Source: an uncultured Dehalococcoidia bacterium
GTDB lineage: Bacteria; Chloroflexota; Dehalococcoidia; Lucifugimonadales; CAJWER01
Length of the DNA stretch: 56,915 nt
Assembly: GCA_964384845.1 (NCBI GenBank)
Contig: CAYLLU010000006.1
Span: 1 to 56,915 of the forward strand
Direction: 5' to 3'
The stretch's first letter is position 1; the number at the start of each line of letters is the position of its first letter. The notes beneath the pieces were generated by a model. It was not told where the DNA came from. It made no database searches and saw only the letters and a list, made by a program, of their open reading frames with translations. The position numbers and the translations under genes were made by a program. Below are positions 1 through 9,572 of the stretch, in pieces.

Positions 1-64
1 TAGAGGTGTGATTCGACTGGTATGAGGTCCTAAAGAGAGTGCGCAGGGACGCATTTCTAGTCTC

Positions 65-92
65 TTGACACTATCGTACAGACCGGCATAAT
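65..92 (+). promoter_or_regulatory. sigma-70-like promoter upstream of small ORF 124..312
   Basis: TTGACA at 65-70, a 16-nt spacer, then CATAAT at 87-92. It lies about 30 nt upstream of the GTG start. Confidence 0.4.
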
Positions 93-123
93 CTCGTCGA
101 GCACCCATCTGAGGAGGTGAGCC

Positions 124-312
124 GTGGAACTACTATATCGCGAGGATGTGGTAGAGGAGATCGCCAAGTCGTTGAGGATTAAAGCGGTCGAGAAGTGGGG
201 CGAGTACCGTGCCAGAGTCCTTGCCCATATTATAGCTCAGACAGCTCTGGACATTTGGCGGGTCGAGGGGCAACCGCCGTTCCTTGACGAGGAGCCCGAG
301 GCATACCGGTAA
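124..312 (+). CDS. hypothetical small protein (62 aa)
   Basis: GTG start at 124 preceded by GAGGAGG at 111-117 (6-nt spacing), with a promoter-like element upstream. No recognisable motif. Confidence 0.5.
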   Translation: MELLYREDVVEEIAKSLRIKAVEKWGEYRARVLAHIIAQTALDIWRVEGQPPFLDEEPEAYR

Positions 313-431
313 CCTGGGGGTGTGGGAAGATGTGGACTATGGAGAAGTTGACGGCGAAGTTTCGAAAGCTGATATAGGATCTTGTCCGGACTACCGATCA
401 GGGTAAAAACCTTGAAACGGACTCCACACAC

Positions 432-1154
432 CTAAAGCCCCTCGATCGTTTCACTTTGGATGGCAAGCAAACTTGTGATTCCAACCTCGGCGGTGTTCAG
501 TACCTTGTCGAGCATTGTTCTGGAAAATGTGCCGTCCTCGGCGGTCCCTTGTATTTCCACGAACTTTCCCTGATCGGTCATGACCAAGTTAAAGTCTACT
601 TGTGCGCGGTAATCCTCTTCGTAGTCAAGGTCGAGAAGAACCTCTTCCTCAAATATGCCTACACTTGTGGCTGCGATGGCGCACCTTATGGGCATTGCCT
701 TCAACTTCCTGGATTGTACTAGACTGCGCAGAGCCTGGTAGACCGCCACGTAAGCCCCGGTGATGGCCGCAGTTCGAGTGCCGCCATCGGCTTGCAGCAC
801 GTCGCAGTCCATGGTCAGTGTGCGTTCTCCCAACAACTGAAGGTTTGTTGACGCACGAAGTGATCTGCCAATAAGGCGCTGTATCTCCTGGGTGCGGCCC
901 TTCAACCCCGATGATCCCCGCTCTCTGGAGGTCCTGGTCAGAGTGGCCCTAGGTAGCATAGAATATTCGGCGGTGATCCATCCCTGCCCAGTTCCCTTGA
1001 GGAACCTTGGTACCCCATCTTCTATACTGGCGGAACAGAGCACTCTGGTTAGGCCTGTCTCCACTATCACAGAGCCTTCCGCGAAGGTCTGGGCCCCTGG
1101 GATAATCCTCGTTTTACGCAACTCGTCTATCTTACGTCCATCGGTTCTGATCAA
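432..1154 (-). CDS. rph: ribonuclease PH
   Basis: 240 aa. N-terminus is RTDGRKxDELR, with GxRTxExQRLIGRSLR and DGGTRTAAITGA motifs typical of RNase PH. TTG start is preceded by AGGGAG. Confidence 0.95.
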   Translation of the reverse strand: MIRTDGRKIDELRKTRIIPGAQTFAEGSVIVETGLTRVLCSASIEDGVPRFLKGTGQGWITAEYSMLPRATLTRTSRERGSSGLKGRTQEIQRLIGRSLRASTNLQLLGERTLTMDCDVLQADGGTRTAAITGAYVAVYQALRSLVQSRKLKAMPIRCAIAATSVGIFEEEVLLDLDYEEDYRAQVDFNLVMTDQGKFVEIQGTAEDGTFSRTMLDKVLNTAEVGITSLLAIQSETIEGL

Positions 1155-1850
1155 TGTCGGCTCCCTGATCCCGATTGCGATTGCGCCAGCTAGTATAGTA
1201 TAAGGGCGTGGCGTCTTCGGTGCCCTGTCTTTAACATTACCGTCCTCATTCTATGAACAATAAATTATCTGATGGATACCTTCAGGCTTTTGGGCACGGG
1301 TACGTTTCTATTTACAGTTGCTACCCCGTCGGGGAATTGGAGTATGATCACTGATCTTTATTGACTTCGCTTTTGGAAACGTTGGAAACGAACTCGATGG
1401 TACCTCATCTCACTGGTCAGGAACAGGTCCAGTACTACCACTTTGCTTGTTAGAATAGAGCAAATTCTCTGGTGATTCCCTCGTGATGATGGATGTGCCG
1501 GTGTTCATTGCCAACCATTGCCGAGAGGTTGACCGTTTCCATGTCAGCGTCCTAGAGAGTTAACTCTCTCCAATTGCTAGTGTTAAATATTAATGGGGGT
1601 GCCCTACAGTCCGGACCACGAGGACTATACTAGGCCAACTCAAAGGCTGACCTCTAGATTCCAGTACACTGACTATTCCGTGTTTTTGTGACGGAGATGC
1701 GAATAAGAGTCTGTTGGATAAATCGGGTGATCAAAGATGCGATAGACTGGGGTAGGCTGCCATTCTGTGGTATGGTCGTACCTGTGACCCTTCAAGAGAG
1801 GCTAGGCCTTTCACCGCCACAAGTCCATTCTTTTCCCGATTAAAATGTCG

Positions 1851-1889
1851 GAATAGGGGACGTTAAAATTAGCCCCTATTCGTATTTCT
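1851..1889 (+). terminator. hairpin plus U-rich tract (terminator or attenuator-like) directly upstream of pheS
   Basis: Perfect 9-bp stem GAATAGGGG (1851-1859) / CCCCTATTC (1873-1881) with a 13-nt loop, followed by GTATTTCT. It ends 12 nt before the pheS ATG. Function not established. Confidence 0.3.
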
Positions 1890-1900
1890 AGAGGCAATCG

Positions 1901-2956
1901 ATGAAAGAAGTGCTTACTGTCGATGCTGTTGAACAGGTAAAAATCCAGGCTCTCCAAGAGCTTGAGTCTCTCTCCGACGATGATGCTCTTGAACAATGGC
2001 GTGTTATGTACTTGGGCCGCAGCGGCAGGATTACAATGGTGCTCCGAGGTCTTGGCGAGGTGGACTCGGATAACAGGCGTATTGTAGGTGCTGCAGCTAA
2101 CAGGGCCAAGGGTATTCTGTCTGAGGAGCTCGGCTTGCGAACCAGAGCCCTTAAGGACGCTGTCCTTGCCGGTCGTCTCGATAGTGAGTCTGTCGACGTA
2201 ACGTTGCCAGGATGGCCCACTTCCCAAGGGAAACTGCACCCGATCACCCAGACACGGAGGGAGATTGAGAACGCATTTGTCTCAATGGGGTTTGAGGTTA
2301 GGGAAGGTCCCGAGGTTGAGTGGGATCACTACAACTTCGACATGCTCAATATCCCCACAGAGCATCCCGCTCGGGATATGTGGGACACTATGTGGATCGA
2401 CCATAAGAAAGCAGAGGGTGGACGTTCTATGCTGCTTCGCACTCACACCTCCCCGATGCAGGCGCGGATCATGGAGACCACCGAACCACCGGTGCGGGTC
2501 ATAGTCCCCGGCAAGGTGTACCGGTATGAGGCCACCGACGCTACCCACGAGTGGCATTTCCAGCAGGTAGAGGGGCTGGCAGTCGACGAGGGGATCACCT
2601 TTGCTAACCTCAAGGGTACATTGTTCGAGTTTGCCCGGCGTATCTTCGGAGAGGAGCGTAAGGTTAGATTTCGTTGTGATTTCTTTCCCTTCGTAGAGCC
2701 CGGCGTCGATATGTCCATCGATTGTTTTAAGTGCATCGGTAAAGGATGCCGCATCTGCGGCCACACCGGCTGGATCGAGATCCTTGGTGCGGGCATGGTT
2801 CACCCTAACGTACTGTCAGGGGTGGGTTACGACCACAGAAAATACACCGGCTTCGCATTTGGCATGGGTGTAGAGCGTATCTGCATGATCAAGCACGGCA
2901 TCGATGACGTTCGTACTTTCTATGCTAACGACCTACATTTCCTAAACCAATTTTAA
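1901..2956 (+). CDS. pheS: phenylalanine--tRNA ligase alpha subunit
   Basis: 351 aa with HPARDMWDT, FPFVEPG and GWIEILGAGMVHP class-II aaRS motifs. AGAGG SD upstream. Confidence 0.97.
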   Translation: MKEVLTVDAVEQVKIQALQELESLSDDDALEQWRVMYLGRSGRITMVLRGLGEVDSDNRRIVGAAANRAKGILSEELGLRTRALKDAVLAGRLDSESVDVTLPGWPTSQGKLHPITQTRREIENAFVSMGFEVREGPEVEWDHYNFDMLNIPTEHPARDMWDTMWIDHKKAEGGRSMLLRTHTSPMQARIMETTEPPVRVIVPGKVYRYEATDATHEWHFQQVEGLAVDEGITFANLKGTLFEFARRIFGEERKVRFRCDFFPFVEPGVDMSIDCFKCIGKGCRICGHTGWIEILGAGMVHPNVLSGVGYDHRKYTGFAFGMGVERICMIKHGIDDVRTFYANDLHFLNQF

Positions 2957-3124
2957 GCTTGAGGAAGGGTGCAGTGTAGTGTAGCTCCGTCGTCTGTTCT
3001 GAGTCTGCCGCAGGGCCAGAAGTCTGAGGCTCTTACTCAGAATCAATTGTTGCTATTTTTTACTCTGGCGAAGCAATGCGTTAGAGATGTGTTAGAAGGG
3101 AATGGTCCATAAGGTGACTGCTGA

Positions 3125-5560
3125 ATGCTAATTCCACTCTCCTGGCTCAAGAAATACGTGCCTATCTCAGTATTGCCACAGAAGTTGGCCGAACGTCTCA
3201 CGATGGCTGGTACCGAGATCGGTGGCATTGAGGAGATTGGCTCTGCATGGGAAAAAGACAAGGTGGTTGTAGGCCATGTTCTCAGCATAGAATCTCATCC
3301 CAACGCCGATCGTCTAAAGGTGCCCACTCTAGATTTGGGCAACGGTGAGACCGCGACGGTAGTCTGCGGCGGGCCTAACTTGGCGGTTGGGCAGAAGATC
3401 GCCTTTGCCAAGGAGGGTGCGATACTCTTGAGCAACCGTTCTGGCAAGTTGGAACCCCTGAAGGCCGCAACGATTCGTGGGGTGCTCTCAGCGGGCATGG
3501 TGTGCTCTAAGATGGAGCTTGGTCTCGGCGAGGATCACGACGGCATTCTGGTGCTGGACGAAGATGCCGTCGTAGGTACTCCACTGGTAGATTACTTGGG
3601 CGACGTGATCCTCGACATCGACGTGACCCCTAACCGGCCAGACTGCCTGTCGTTGCTAGGCATCGCCCGTGAGGTGGCTGCCATCACCGGCGAGAGCGTC
3701 ACGGAGCCTGACCTGTCCTTTGTGGAAGACGGACAACCAATAACAGAGCGCGTCACAGTTGAGATAGCCGACCCCGAGCTGTGCCATCGTTACACCGCCG
3801 GCCTCATTACAGGCATAACCGTCCGCCCATCCCCTGAATGGCTTCAGAAGGCACTTGGCGCAGCTGGACTGAATCCGATCAATAACATTGTCGATGTGAC
3901 CAATTTTGTAATGCTCGAGTACGGCCAGCCGCTACACGCATTCGATTTCGATACCCTGAAAGACGGCACGGTAGTTGTGCGTCAGGCGCGGAGCGACGAG
4001 AAGTTGACAGCTCTGGACGGTAGGATGCACACATTGCGTCCCCCGATGTTAGTCATTGCCGATTCAACCGAAGCCATCGCACTTGCGGGTGTAATAGGTG
4101 GTATGTCCACGAGCGTTACTGAGCGTACTAAAAACGTCCTGTTGGAGTCCGCAAGCTTTGATCGCACCAACACTTACCGTACGCGCAAGACCATCGGCGA
4201 TGGCACTGATGCCTCGTACAGGTTCGAACGCGGTGTTCAGCCGGCTCTGGCTCCAAAGGCTTTGCGACGTGCCAGGGGACTCATCCTGGATATTGCCGGA
4301 GGAACTGTGGCCACCGGGATAGTAGATGTGTACCCGGGACGGGAACCGGAGCAGACTATGAGACTTTCTGGTGATCGAATAAGGCAGGTGATCGGCGTCG
4401 ACCTTTCCATGGACGAGGTGGGCCAGGCCTTGGACTCCCTGGGCTTCCGTTGCATCCAGGGAGGCGCCTCCAAGGCAAATGAAGTGATTTTGAAGATACC
4501 CTATTGGCGCTCCGACATTGTCATTGAGGACGATCTGATTGAGGAGGTCGCCAGGATAATCGGATATGATTCCATTCCGACAGCGATGATGGCCACGCCG
4601 ATACCCCACCATGATCCTCAGCCCCTCAGGGAACTGAAGGAGTGCATGAGGGACGCTCTAGCCGCCTGTGGTATGACCGAGGTGATCACATACCCTCTTA
4701 CTGATCGAGAGAGCCTAGAGGTCGTCGGGGGATTGTCGGACAAGGTTTCTCCACTGGAGATCGCGAATCCGATGAATAGCGAGGAGCGTCTGCTCAGAAC
4801 CTCTCTGAGGGCTAGTGTTTTGCGTACCCTGCGCCATAACCGCCGAATCTCTCAAACCGTGGGGTTGAAACTCTTTGAGAGTGGGCGTGTGTTCCTGCCG
4901 AATGCAGAGGTGAACAAGAGGGAATTGCCTCACGAAAAAGAGCAGGTCGTTGGTGTCATGTCCGGCCGTAGGCATCCAGTGTCATGGCTGGCAGCCGACG
5001 GTCAGATGGACTTCTTCGACGCCAAGGGCGTGTTGCAGTCGATGTTCGCACTGATCGGTGTCCAGGTAGCATATGAGCCTTCAATAGACACGGCGATGCA
5101 CCCTGGCAAGACGGCGCTTCTTACCTCTGCGGGTGTGGAGATCGGTATTGTAGGAGAGGTGCACCCGCAGGTTCTGGAGAAATTCGACCTAGAAGAGAGT
5201 CTAGTGGCGATGTTCGAGATCGATCTCGAGTCGCTTCTCATCGCGGTTGAGAGGGGCAGTGACGGCTACTCCGGTGCGAGCCGGTTTCCAGAGTCGGAGA
5301 GAGACTTGGCGCTGATAGTGGACGCGGATGTGCGATCTGCGCACATCCAGACTATTATCCGCCGTCACAAACTAGTAAAAGCCAGCACTCCTTTCGATGT
5401 TTATTCCGGTAAAGGAATCCCGGAGGGCAAAAGGTCCATCGCCTATCGCATAATATTTCAGTCAGACAGGTCCACCCTCACTGCTGAAATGGTCGATCGT
5501 GCCCAGGGCGACATCCTGAGGCAACTCGAACGCCAATTAGGCGCAGAGTTGCGGACATAG
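3125..5560 (+). CDS. pheT: phenylalanine--tRNA ligase beta subunit
   Basis: 811 aa. N-terminal tRNA-binding domain (HPNADRL), B3/4 and B5 regions, and a C-terminal FDX-ACB-like domain. Follows pheS. AAGGTGA SD. Confidence 0.97.
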   Translation: MLIPLSWLKKYVPISVLPQKLAERLTMAGTEIGGIEEIGSAWEKDKVVVGHVLSIESHPNADRLKVPTLDLGNGETATVVCGGPNLAVGQKIAFAKEGAILLSNRSGKLEPLKAATIRGVLSAGMVCSKMELGLGEDHDGILVLDEDAVVGTPLVDYLGDVILDIDVTPNRPDCLSLLGIAREVAAITGESVTEPDLSFVEDGQPITERVTVEIADPELCHRYTAGLITGITVRPSPEWLQKALGAAGLNPINNIVDVTNFVMLEYGQPLHAFDFDTLKDGTVVVRQARSDEKLTALDGRMHTLRPPMLVIADSTEAIALAGVIGGMSTSVTERTKNVLLESASFDRTNTYRTRKTIGDGTDASYRFERGVQPALAPKALRRARGLILDIAGGTVATGIVDVYPGREPEQTMRLSGDRIRQVIGVDLSMDEVGQALDSLGFRCIQGGASKANEVILKIPYWRSDIVIEDDLIEEVARIIGYDSIPTAMMATPIPHHDPQPLRELKECMRDALAACGMTEVITYPLTDRESLEVVGGLSDKVSPLEIANPMNSEERLLRTSLRASVLRTLRHNRRISQTVGLKLFESGRVFLPNAEVNKRELPHEKEQVVGVMSGRRHPVSWLAADGQMDFFDAKGVLQSMFALIGVQVAYEPSIDTAMHPGKTALLTSAGVEIGIVGEVHPQVLEKFDLEESLVAMFEIDLESLLIAVERGSDGYSGASRFPESERDLALIVDADVRSAHIQTIIRRHKLVKASTPFDVYSGKGIPEGKRSIAYRIIFQSDRSTLTAEMVDRAQGDILRQLERQLGAELRT

Positions 5561-5797
5561 GATGTATTGGGCAATGCACGTGCTGCGTTGGGCTAAGGGC
5601 GCCATACCAATTTACTGGGTCAACCTTGACAGGTGTGTGAAATAATGATGTGCAGTGACGCTGAGCCCCTAAGTCGGGAGTCCTTGGATGTGCGTTAGAA
5701 TACCGTAATATACTTCTCTATCCATAGTAATGTCCTGATCCGACGTGAGTAAGACCTGAAAAAACACGAGCACATACACCGACACGATCACGAGTCG

Positions 5798-7057
5798 ATG
5801 CTGAGCGTGGAAGAGGCCCGGGAGCGGATCCTATCTTTCTTCCACGTCCTTGATTCGGAGCGCAAGCCTATCCTAGATGCTCTAGGCCAAGTCCTTGCCG
5901 AGGACGTCAAGGGTCACTTTGACATTCCACCTATGACCAACTCGGCCATGGACGGCTATGCCGTCAAAGCCTCCAGCGTCATCAAGGCATCCCCAAACGC
6001 CCCAGTATCTCTTCGCGTTACCAGTACCGTTGCTGCTGGCCATCTTCCCACCGTTGCAGTAGAGGCTGGGACTGCCGCGCGTATTATGACCGGAGCGCCG
6101 ATACCAGACGGAGCCGATGCAGTCGTGCCATTCGAAGACACTGATGAGGTGGAGCGTCGTGATTCGGCAGCCTCCATGTCCATAATCAAGATCAACGTGT
6201 CGACGCTTGTCGGGGCCAACGTGCGTCCTGCAGGGCAGGACGTTAGGGCTGGAGATCGAGTGCTTCAACAGGGGGTAGTTTTGCGGGCGCAGGAAATCGG
6301 TGTGTTGGCCTCTTTGGGCTACGATGCGGTTAGAGTGATCCGTAGACCCGTCGTCTCTATCCTTGCTACCGGCGATGAGTTGATAGATCCTGGAGGAGAG
6401 CCGCGGCTGGGAAAGATATATGATAGTAACAGCTACAGTATCGCATCCGCCGTGAGGCGCGCCGGTGGAGTGCCTCATCTTCTAGGGATAGCTACTGATG
6501 ATGTAGAAACCATTTCTGAGATGCTCGAGCGAGGGCTCCTGTCTGATATACTCATTACCTCTGCTGGGGTCTCCAAAGGCGATTACGATATGGTTAAGGA
6601 CGTACTGGCCAGCCACGGCGACATTTCATTCTGGTCTGTACGCATGAGACCAGCTAAACCGCTCGCCTTCGGAATTCTCTCCGGACCGGATGGCAGACCA
6701 GTTCCACATCTAGGACTTCCAGGGAATCCTGTAAGTACGCTGGTTGGTTTTGAGCAGTTTGGCCGCCCGGCAATCGGCAAGATGCTTGGGAAGGGCGAGG
6801 TGCCAAGACCGACGGTCCAGGCTATCTTGGAGGAACCAATCTACAACTACGATGGGCGTCGGGTCTACGCTAGGGTGCAGGTCGTCAGGAAGGATGGTTC
6901 CTACTATGCAAGTTTGACTGGACACCAGAGTTCGAACCTGTTGACCTCGATGACCAGGGCCAATGGCCTGGCGATCTGCCCGGAAGACCTGCCTGTCAAG
7001 AGCGCAGGTGAACGGGTCACCGTACAGATGATAGACTGGTCGGAGGACGTTTTCTGA
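5798..7057 (+). CDS. moeA: molybdopterin molybdenumtransferase
   Basis: 419 aa with SAMDGYAV, ILATGDEL and TSAGVSKGDYD motifs typical of MoeA/gephyrin E domain. Confidence 0.9.
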   Translation: MLSVEEARERILSFFHVLDSERKPILDALGQVLAEDVKGHFDIPPMTNSAMDGYAVKASSVIKASPNAPVSLRVTSTVAAGHLPTVAVEAGTAARIMTGAPIPDGADAVVPFEDTDEVERRDSAASMSIIKINVSTLVGANVRPAGQDVRAGDRVLQQGVVLRAQEIGVLASLGYDAVRVIRRPVVSILATGDELIDPGGEPRLGKIYDSNSYSIASAVRRAGGVPHLLGIATDDVETISEMLERGLLSDILITSAGVSKGDYDMVKDVLASHGDISFWSVRMRPAKPLAFGILSGPDGRPVPHLGLPGNPVSTLVGFEQFGRPAIGKMLGKGEVPRPTVQAILEEPIYNYDGRRVYARVQVVRKDGSYYASLTGHQSSNLLTSMTRANGLAICPEDLPVKSAGERVTVQMIDWSEDVF

Positions 7058-7178
7058 CAGGCCCGGTCTACTTCACTAACGAACTGCCGAAGTAACATGT
7101 TAGAGGGGCATAACCTTACAATGCAGAGAGCTTGAGGGTCACGGGCACGAGCTAGAAGATACAAGGGAGAATGGGTAA

Positions 7179-7580
7179 ATGGTAGAAGACAAGGCTAATG
7201 AGAGTCCCCGCTACTACATCGAGCTTGGTGCTACTGAAGAGCACGGCCGATCGATGGTAGCGAAACTAGCTTCCAGGAAGTGCTATGAGCACAGATCTGT
7301 CACTGACATCACTGGAGACTTGAAGCCGAAAGATCACGTTAAGGAGATTGCAGGACACTGCGCAGACACCGCAGACTATCTGCTTCCTGACACGCCGCTA
7401 AAGGAGGCCATCTTCAGAGTTATCCTTGCAGGCAAGAACAAAGAAACCACAGCACTCAAGGTCAGTCAGAATTTAGAGACTCGTTGGGCGATGAGCTCGT
7501 ATACCCGGAATATTTCCCCCGGTGTCATCGGCAAATTGCTAGAAAGCAGTTCCATTTATGGAATAGTGGCTGTGCCCTAG
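7179..7580 (+). CDS. hypothetical protein (133 aa)
   Basis: ATG at 7179 preceded by AAGGGAGA (8-nt spacing). No motif recognised. Confidence 0.55.
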   Translation: MVEDKANESPRYYIELGATEEHGRSMVAKLASRKCYEHRSVTDITGDLKPKDHVKEIAGHCADTADYLLPDTPLKEAIFRVILAGKNKETTALKVSQNLETRWAMSSYTRNISPGVIGKLLESSSIYGIVAVP

Positions 7581-7721
7581 CCACCGGCTGAGATTGGAAC
7601 GACGACTTCTGAAACCACTTAGTTGTCGGTGGACGTGGAACTGGAATCGGAGGATTCGTAAGACAGTGATTCTGAGTAACTGGGCATCCGCAAAATCGCC
7701 AGGGCAGGAGAGAGTTGGGGA

Positions 7722-7874
7722 CTAGGCGTCTTCTGTTTCAGTCCGCGGTTTGCGCTTCTTCTTGACTATCTCTACCTCAGTTGGGGCATACACGGCGGCC
7801 GGTATGCCAATCGACTTATCTGGCTTCTTCTTCGGGGTTTTCTTCTCTCGTCCACCGGCATGTCCTCGTGGCAT
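7722..7874 (-). CDS. putative Lys-rich micro-protein (50 aa), below the ORF-track cutoff
   Basis: Hand translation gives MPRGHAGGREKKTPKKKPDKSIGIPAAVYAPTEVEIVKKKRKPRTETEDA. ATG at 7874 is preceded by GGAAGGTGGAG. Not in the supplied track (<60 aa). Confidence 0.35.
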   Translation of the reverse strand: MPRGHAGGREKKTPKKKPDKSIGIPAAVYAPTEVEIVKKKRKPRTETEDA

Positions 7875-7908
7875 TGCTCCACCTTCCCTTCGGTGTCAGC
7901 TTCTCCAT

Positions 7909-7940
7909 GGTCTATCTGCTCAAAGGTCTATCTGTTCAAA
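7909..7940. repeat. tandem 16-bp direct repeat (2 copies, 1 mismatch)
   Basis: GGTCTATCTGCTCAAA (7909-7924) followed directly by GGTCTATCTGTTCAAA (7925-7940). Lies in the divergent region between micro-ORF 7722..7874 (-) and ilvE (+). Confidence 0.85.
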
Positions 7941-8074
7941 TCTTAAGACAACCGACCTCCATCTGTAAAGTAGGACCGAGTTTCCCGTGGAACGATGTTC
8001 GACAAAAGCTAGTCAAGGGCGAATCCAATCCCACCTAAGCCAGTATTGTGGAACCCTCAATACCCGTCCTCAAG

Positions 8075-8103
8075 TTGTGTTGGGAAACGGGTGTGATTAT
8101 AAT
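8075..8103 (+). promoter_or_regulatory. sigma-70-like promoter of ilvE
   Basis: TTGTGT (8075-8080), a 17-nt spacer, then TATAAT (8098-8103). It lies inside the over-extended ORF-track version of ilvE. Confidence 0.45.
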
Positions 8104-8137
8104 CTGCGGTAGTTTCCATATCGAAGGAGTCTCCAGA

Positions 8138-9070
8138 ATGTCTGAGGCCCTGGCATACTTCCGCGGTGGGTACGTCCCATTGTCGGATGCGAACGTTAGC
8201 ATAACGACTCACGCGCTTCACTACGGCACTGCGGTGTTTGAAGGAATTCGTGGTAACTGGAACGAAGAAAAGGGCAAAATGTTTATCTTTCGGGCCCGGG
8301 AACACTACGAGCGTCTTCTTCAGGGTTGCAAGATAATGCTCTTGGACATCCCATACTCGGTGGATGAGTTGATGGATATCACCACCGGCCTTCTCGAGCG
8401 ATCAGGGTATCGCGAGGATGTTTACATACGGCCCATTGCTTATAAGAGCGAGGAGTTGGTGGCAAACCTCAAGCTCCACGAACTCTCAAGTGACTTCGCC
8501 CTGATCATCGTGCCTTTCGGCGCCTATATCAAGGGTGATGGCGCTATCCGCTGTTGTACATCCTCCTGGAGACGCATCGACGATACTGTAATCCCCTCTC
8601 GAGTAAAGATCGCTGGCCACTACGTCAACAGTATCCTCGCCAAGACCGAGGCGGTGCTTGGTGGTTTTGACGAGGCCATATTCCTCAACCAAGACGGCAG
8701 TGTTTCCGAGGGGTCGGGCGAGAATCTATTCGTGGTGAACAAAGGTGTTATTCACACACCGCTTGTGTCCGAGAACAACCTCACGGGGATAACCCGTGAC
8801 TGTGCGTGGATTCTAGCTGAAAATGAATTGGGTTTGCAGGTCGTGGAGAGGCGTATCAGGCGCTCCGAATTGTACTTGGCGGACGAAGTATTCCTTACGG
8901 GTACGGCGGCCCATATCACCCCCGTCGGCGAGCTAGATAACCGGCCTATCGGCAACGGAAGTGTCGGTACCATTACGGAGAAACTCCGTGATCTGTACCT
9001 TGACCTCATCCGTGGCGGTAATCCGAAGTACGAGCAGTGGACTACTGCCGTTACTCCGGGGAAGAGCTAG
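8138..9070 (+). CDS. ilvE: branched-chain-amino-acid aminotransferase (class IV)
   Basis: Start re-set to ATG 8138 (GAAGGAG SD at 8124-8130; the ORF track starts at 8048). Family-like N-terminus MSEALAYFRGGYVP, plus FEGIRGNW and EGSGENLFVV motifs. Confidence 0.93.
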   Translation: MSEALAYFRGGYVPLSDANVSITTHALHYGTAVFEGIRGNWNEEKGKMFIFRAREHYERLLQGCKIMLLDIPYSVDELMDITTGLLERSGYREDVYIRPIAYKSEELVANLKLHELSSDFALIIVPFGAYIKGDGAIRCCTSSWRRIDDTVIPSRVKIAGHYVNSILAKTEAVLGGFDEAIFLNQDGSVSEGSGENLFVVNKGVIHTPLVSENNLTGITRDCAWILAENELGLQVVERRIRRSELYLADEVFLTGTAAHITPVGELDNRPIGNGSVGTITEKLRDLYLDLIRGGNPKYEQWTTAVTPGKS

Positions 9071-9134
9071 TTCTCTGGGAACAGGAACCGGTCCCTGGTG
9101 ATCGGTCCGCCCTCTGGAAAGATAGACGCTCAAA

Positions 9135-9572
9135 ATGAAAACAATATCAATCGACTATTACATTGCGGTCACGGTGTCTGCAATTGGGGTGTTGCAGTTG
9201 GCCGCTAGCTTTAGCGGACTGCGGGGTATCCTATTTTTCAGCTCTCCACGGGCCACCCGTTTCCTAGGCTTCCTACTGCCGTTGATCAGCATCGTGTGGT
9301 TTTTTGCCACTGGCACGCGAAACGTCAGCGATCATCTGGGTGGACTGGATGCCAACGAGGTCGCTCTTCTATTTTTCTTGGGGACTCTCACTGCGTGGCT
9401 TTTGATTGTTACCGGCACCTCAATTGTGAACTCTCGGCGACTGGGAGATTCGCGTCAATGTGTTGGGCTCGACGCACTCAGGAGCGACACATTTTATAGG
9501 GCACTACGTCAGAGCGTACGGCGATGGACGCGGGAATGGCGAACCTTGATGAAGCCATATTTCTTCGAATAA
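9135..9572 (+). CDS. hypothetical membrane protein (145 aa, about 4 hydrophobic segments)
   Basis: Hydrophobic helices are visible in the translation. No recognisable family. Overlaps or abuts the PAP2 gene. Confidence 0.55.
   Translation: MKTISIDYYIAVTVSAIGVLQLAASFSGLRGILFFSSPRATRFLGFLLPLISIVWFFATGTRNVSDHLGGLDANEVALLFFLGTLTAWLLIVTGTSIVNSRRLGDSRQCVGLDALRSDTFYRALRQSVRRWTREWRTLMKPYFFE

Noticed and set aside
1592-1620. AATGGGGGTGCCCTACAGTCCGGACCACG upstream of pheS, considered as a T-box antiterminator, an RNase P (AGTCCGG) fragment or the start of a TPP riboswitch.
   Set aside because: It lacks the invariant T-box GGTGGTACCGCG, the RNase P GGAAAGTCCGGGC context and other conserved regions, and the TPP CTGAGA element.
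1772-1843. 23-codon uORF (MVVPVTLQERLGLSPPQVHSFPD) considered as a pheST attenuation leader peptide.
   Set aside because: It has only one Phe codon and no SD, so it is not comparable with Phe-rich pheM or pheL-type leaders.
5561-5797. Looked for a Moco riboswitch upstream of moeA.
   Set aside because: I could not find the conserved Moco-motif elements, only generic sequence.
5882-6478. Antisense or overlapping ORFs of 150-200 aa elsewhere (5882..6478, 20288..20767, 20771..21343, 22181..22648, 25688..26221, 27007..27585, 52712..53284, 4064..4612, 15568..16104).
   Set aside because: Each overlaps a confidently identified gene on the other strand or in another frame, and none has family motifs or an SD. 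I treated them as non-coding.
8048-8137. N-terminal extensions in the ORF track for ilvE (8048), glpK (18286), citE-like (19883), btuF (24197), citrate synthase (31960), atpA (37607), atpF (38685), BFN (41192), pyrF (42400) and ispH (49924).
   Set aside because: In every case an internal ATG with a strong SD coincides with the usual family N-terminus. The extension either overlaps a promoter, riboswitch or neighbouring gene, or encodes non-conserved sequence.
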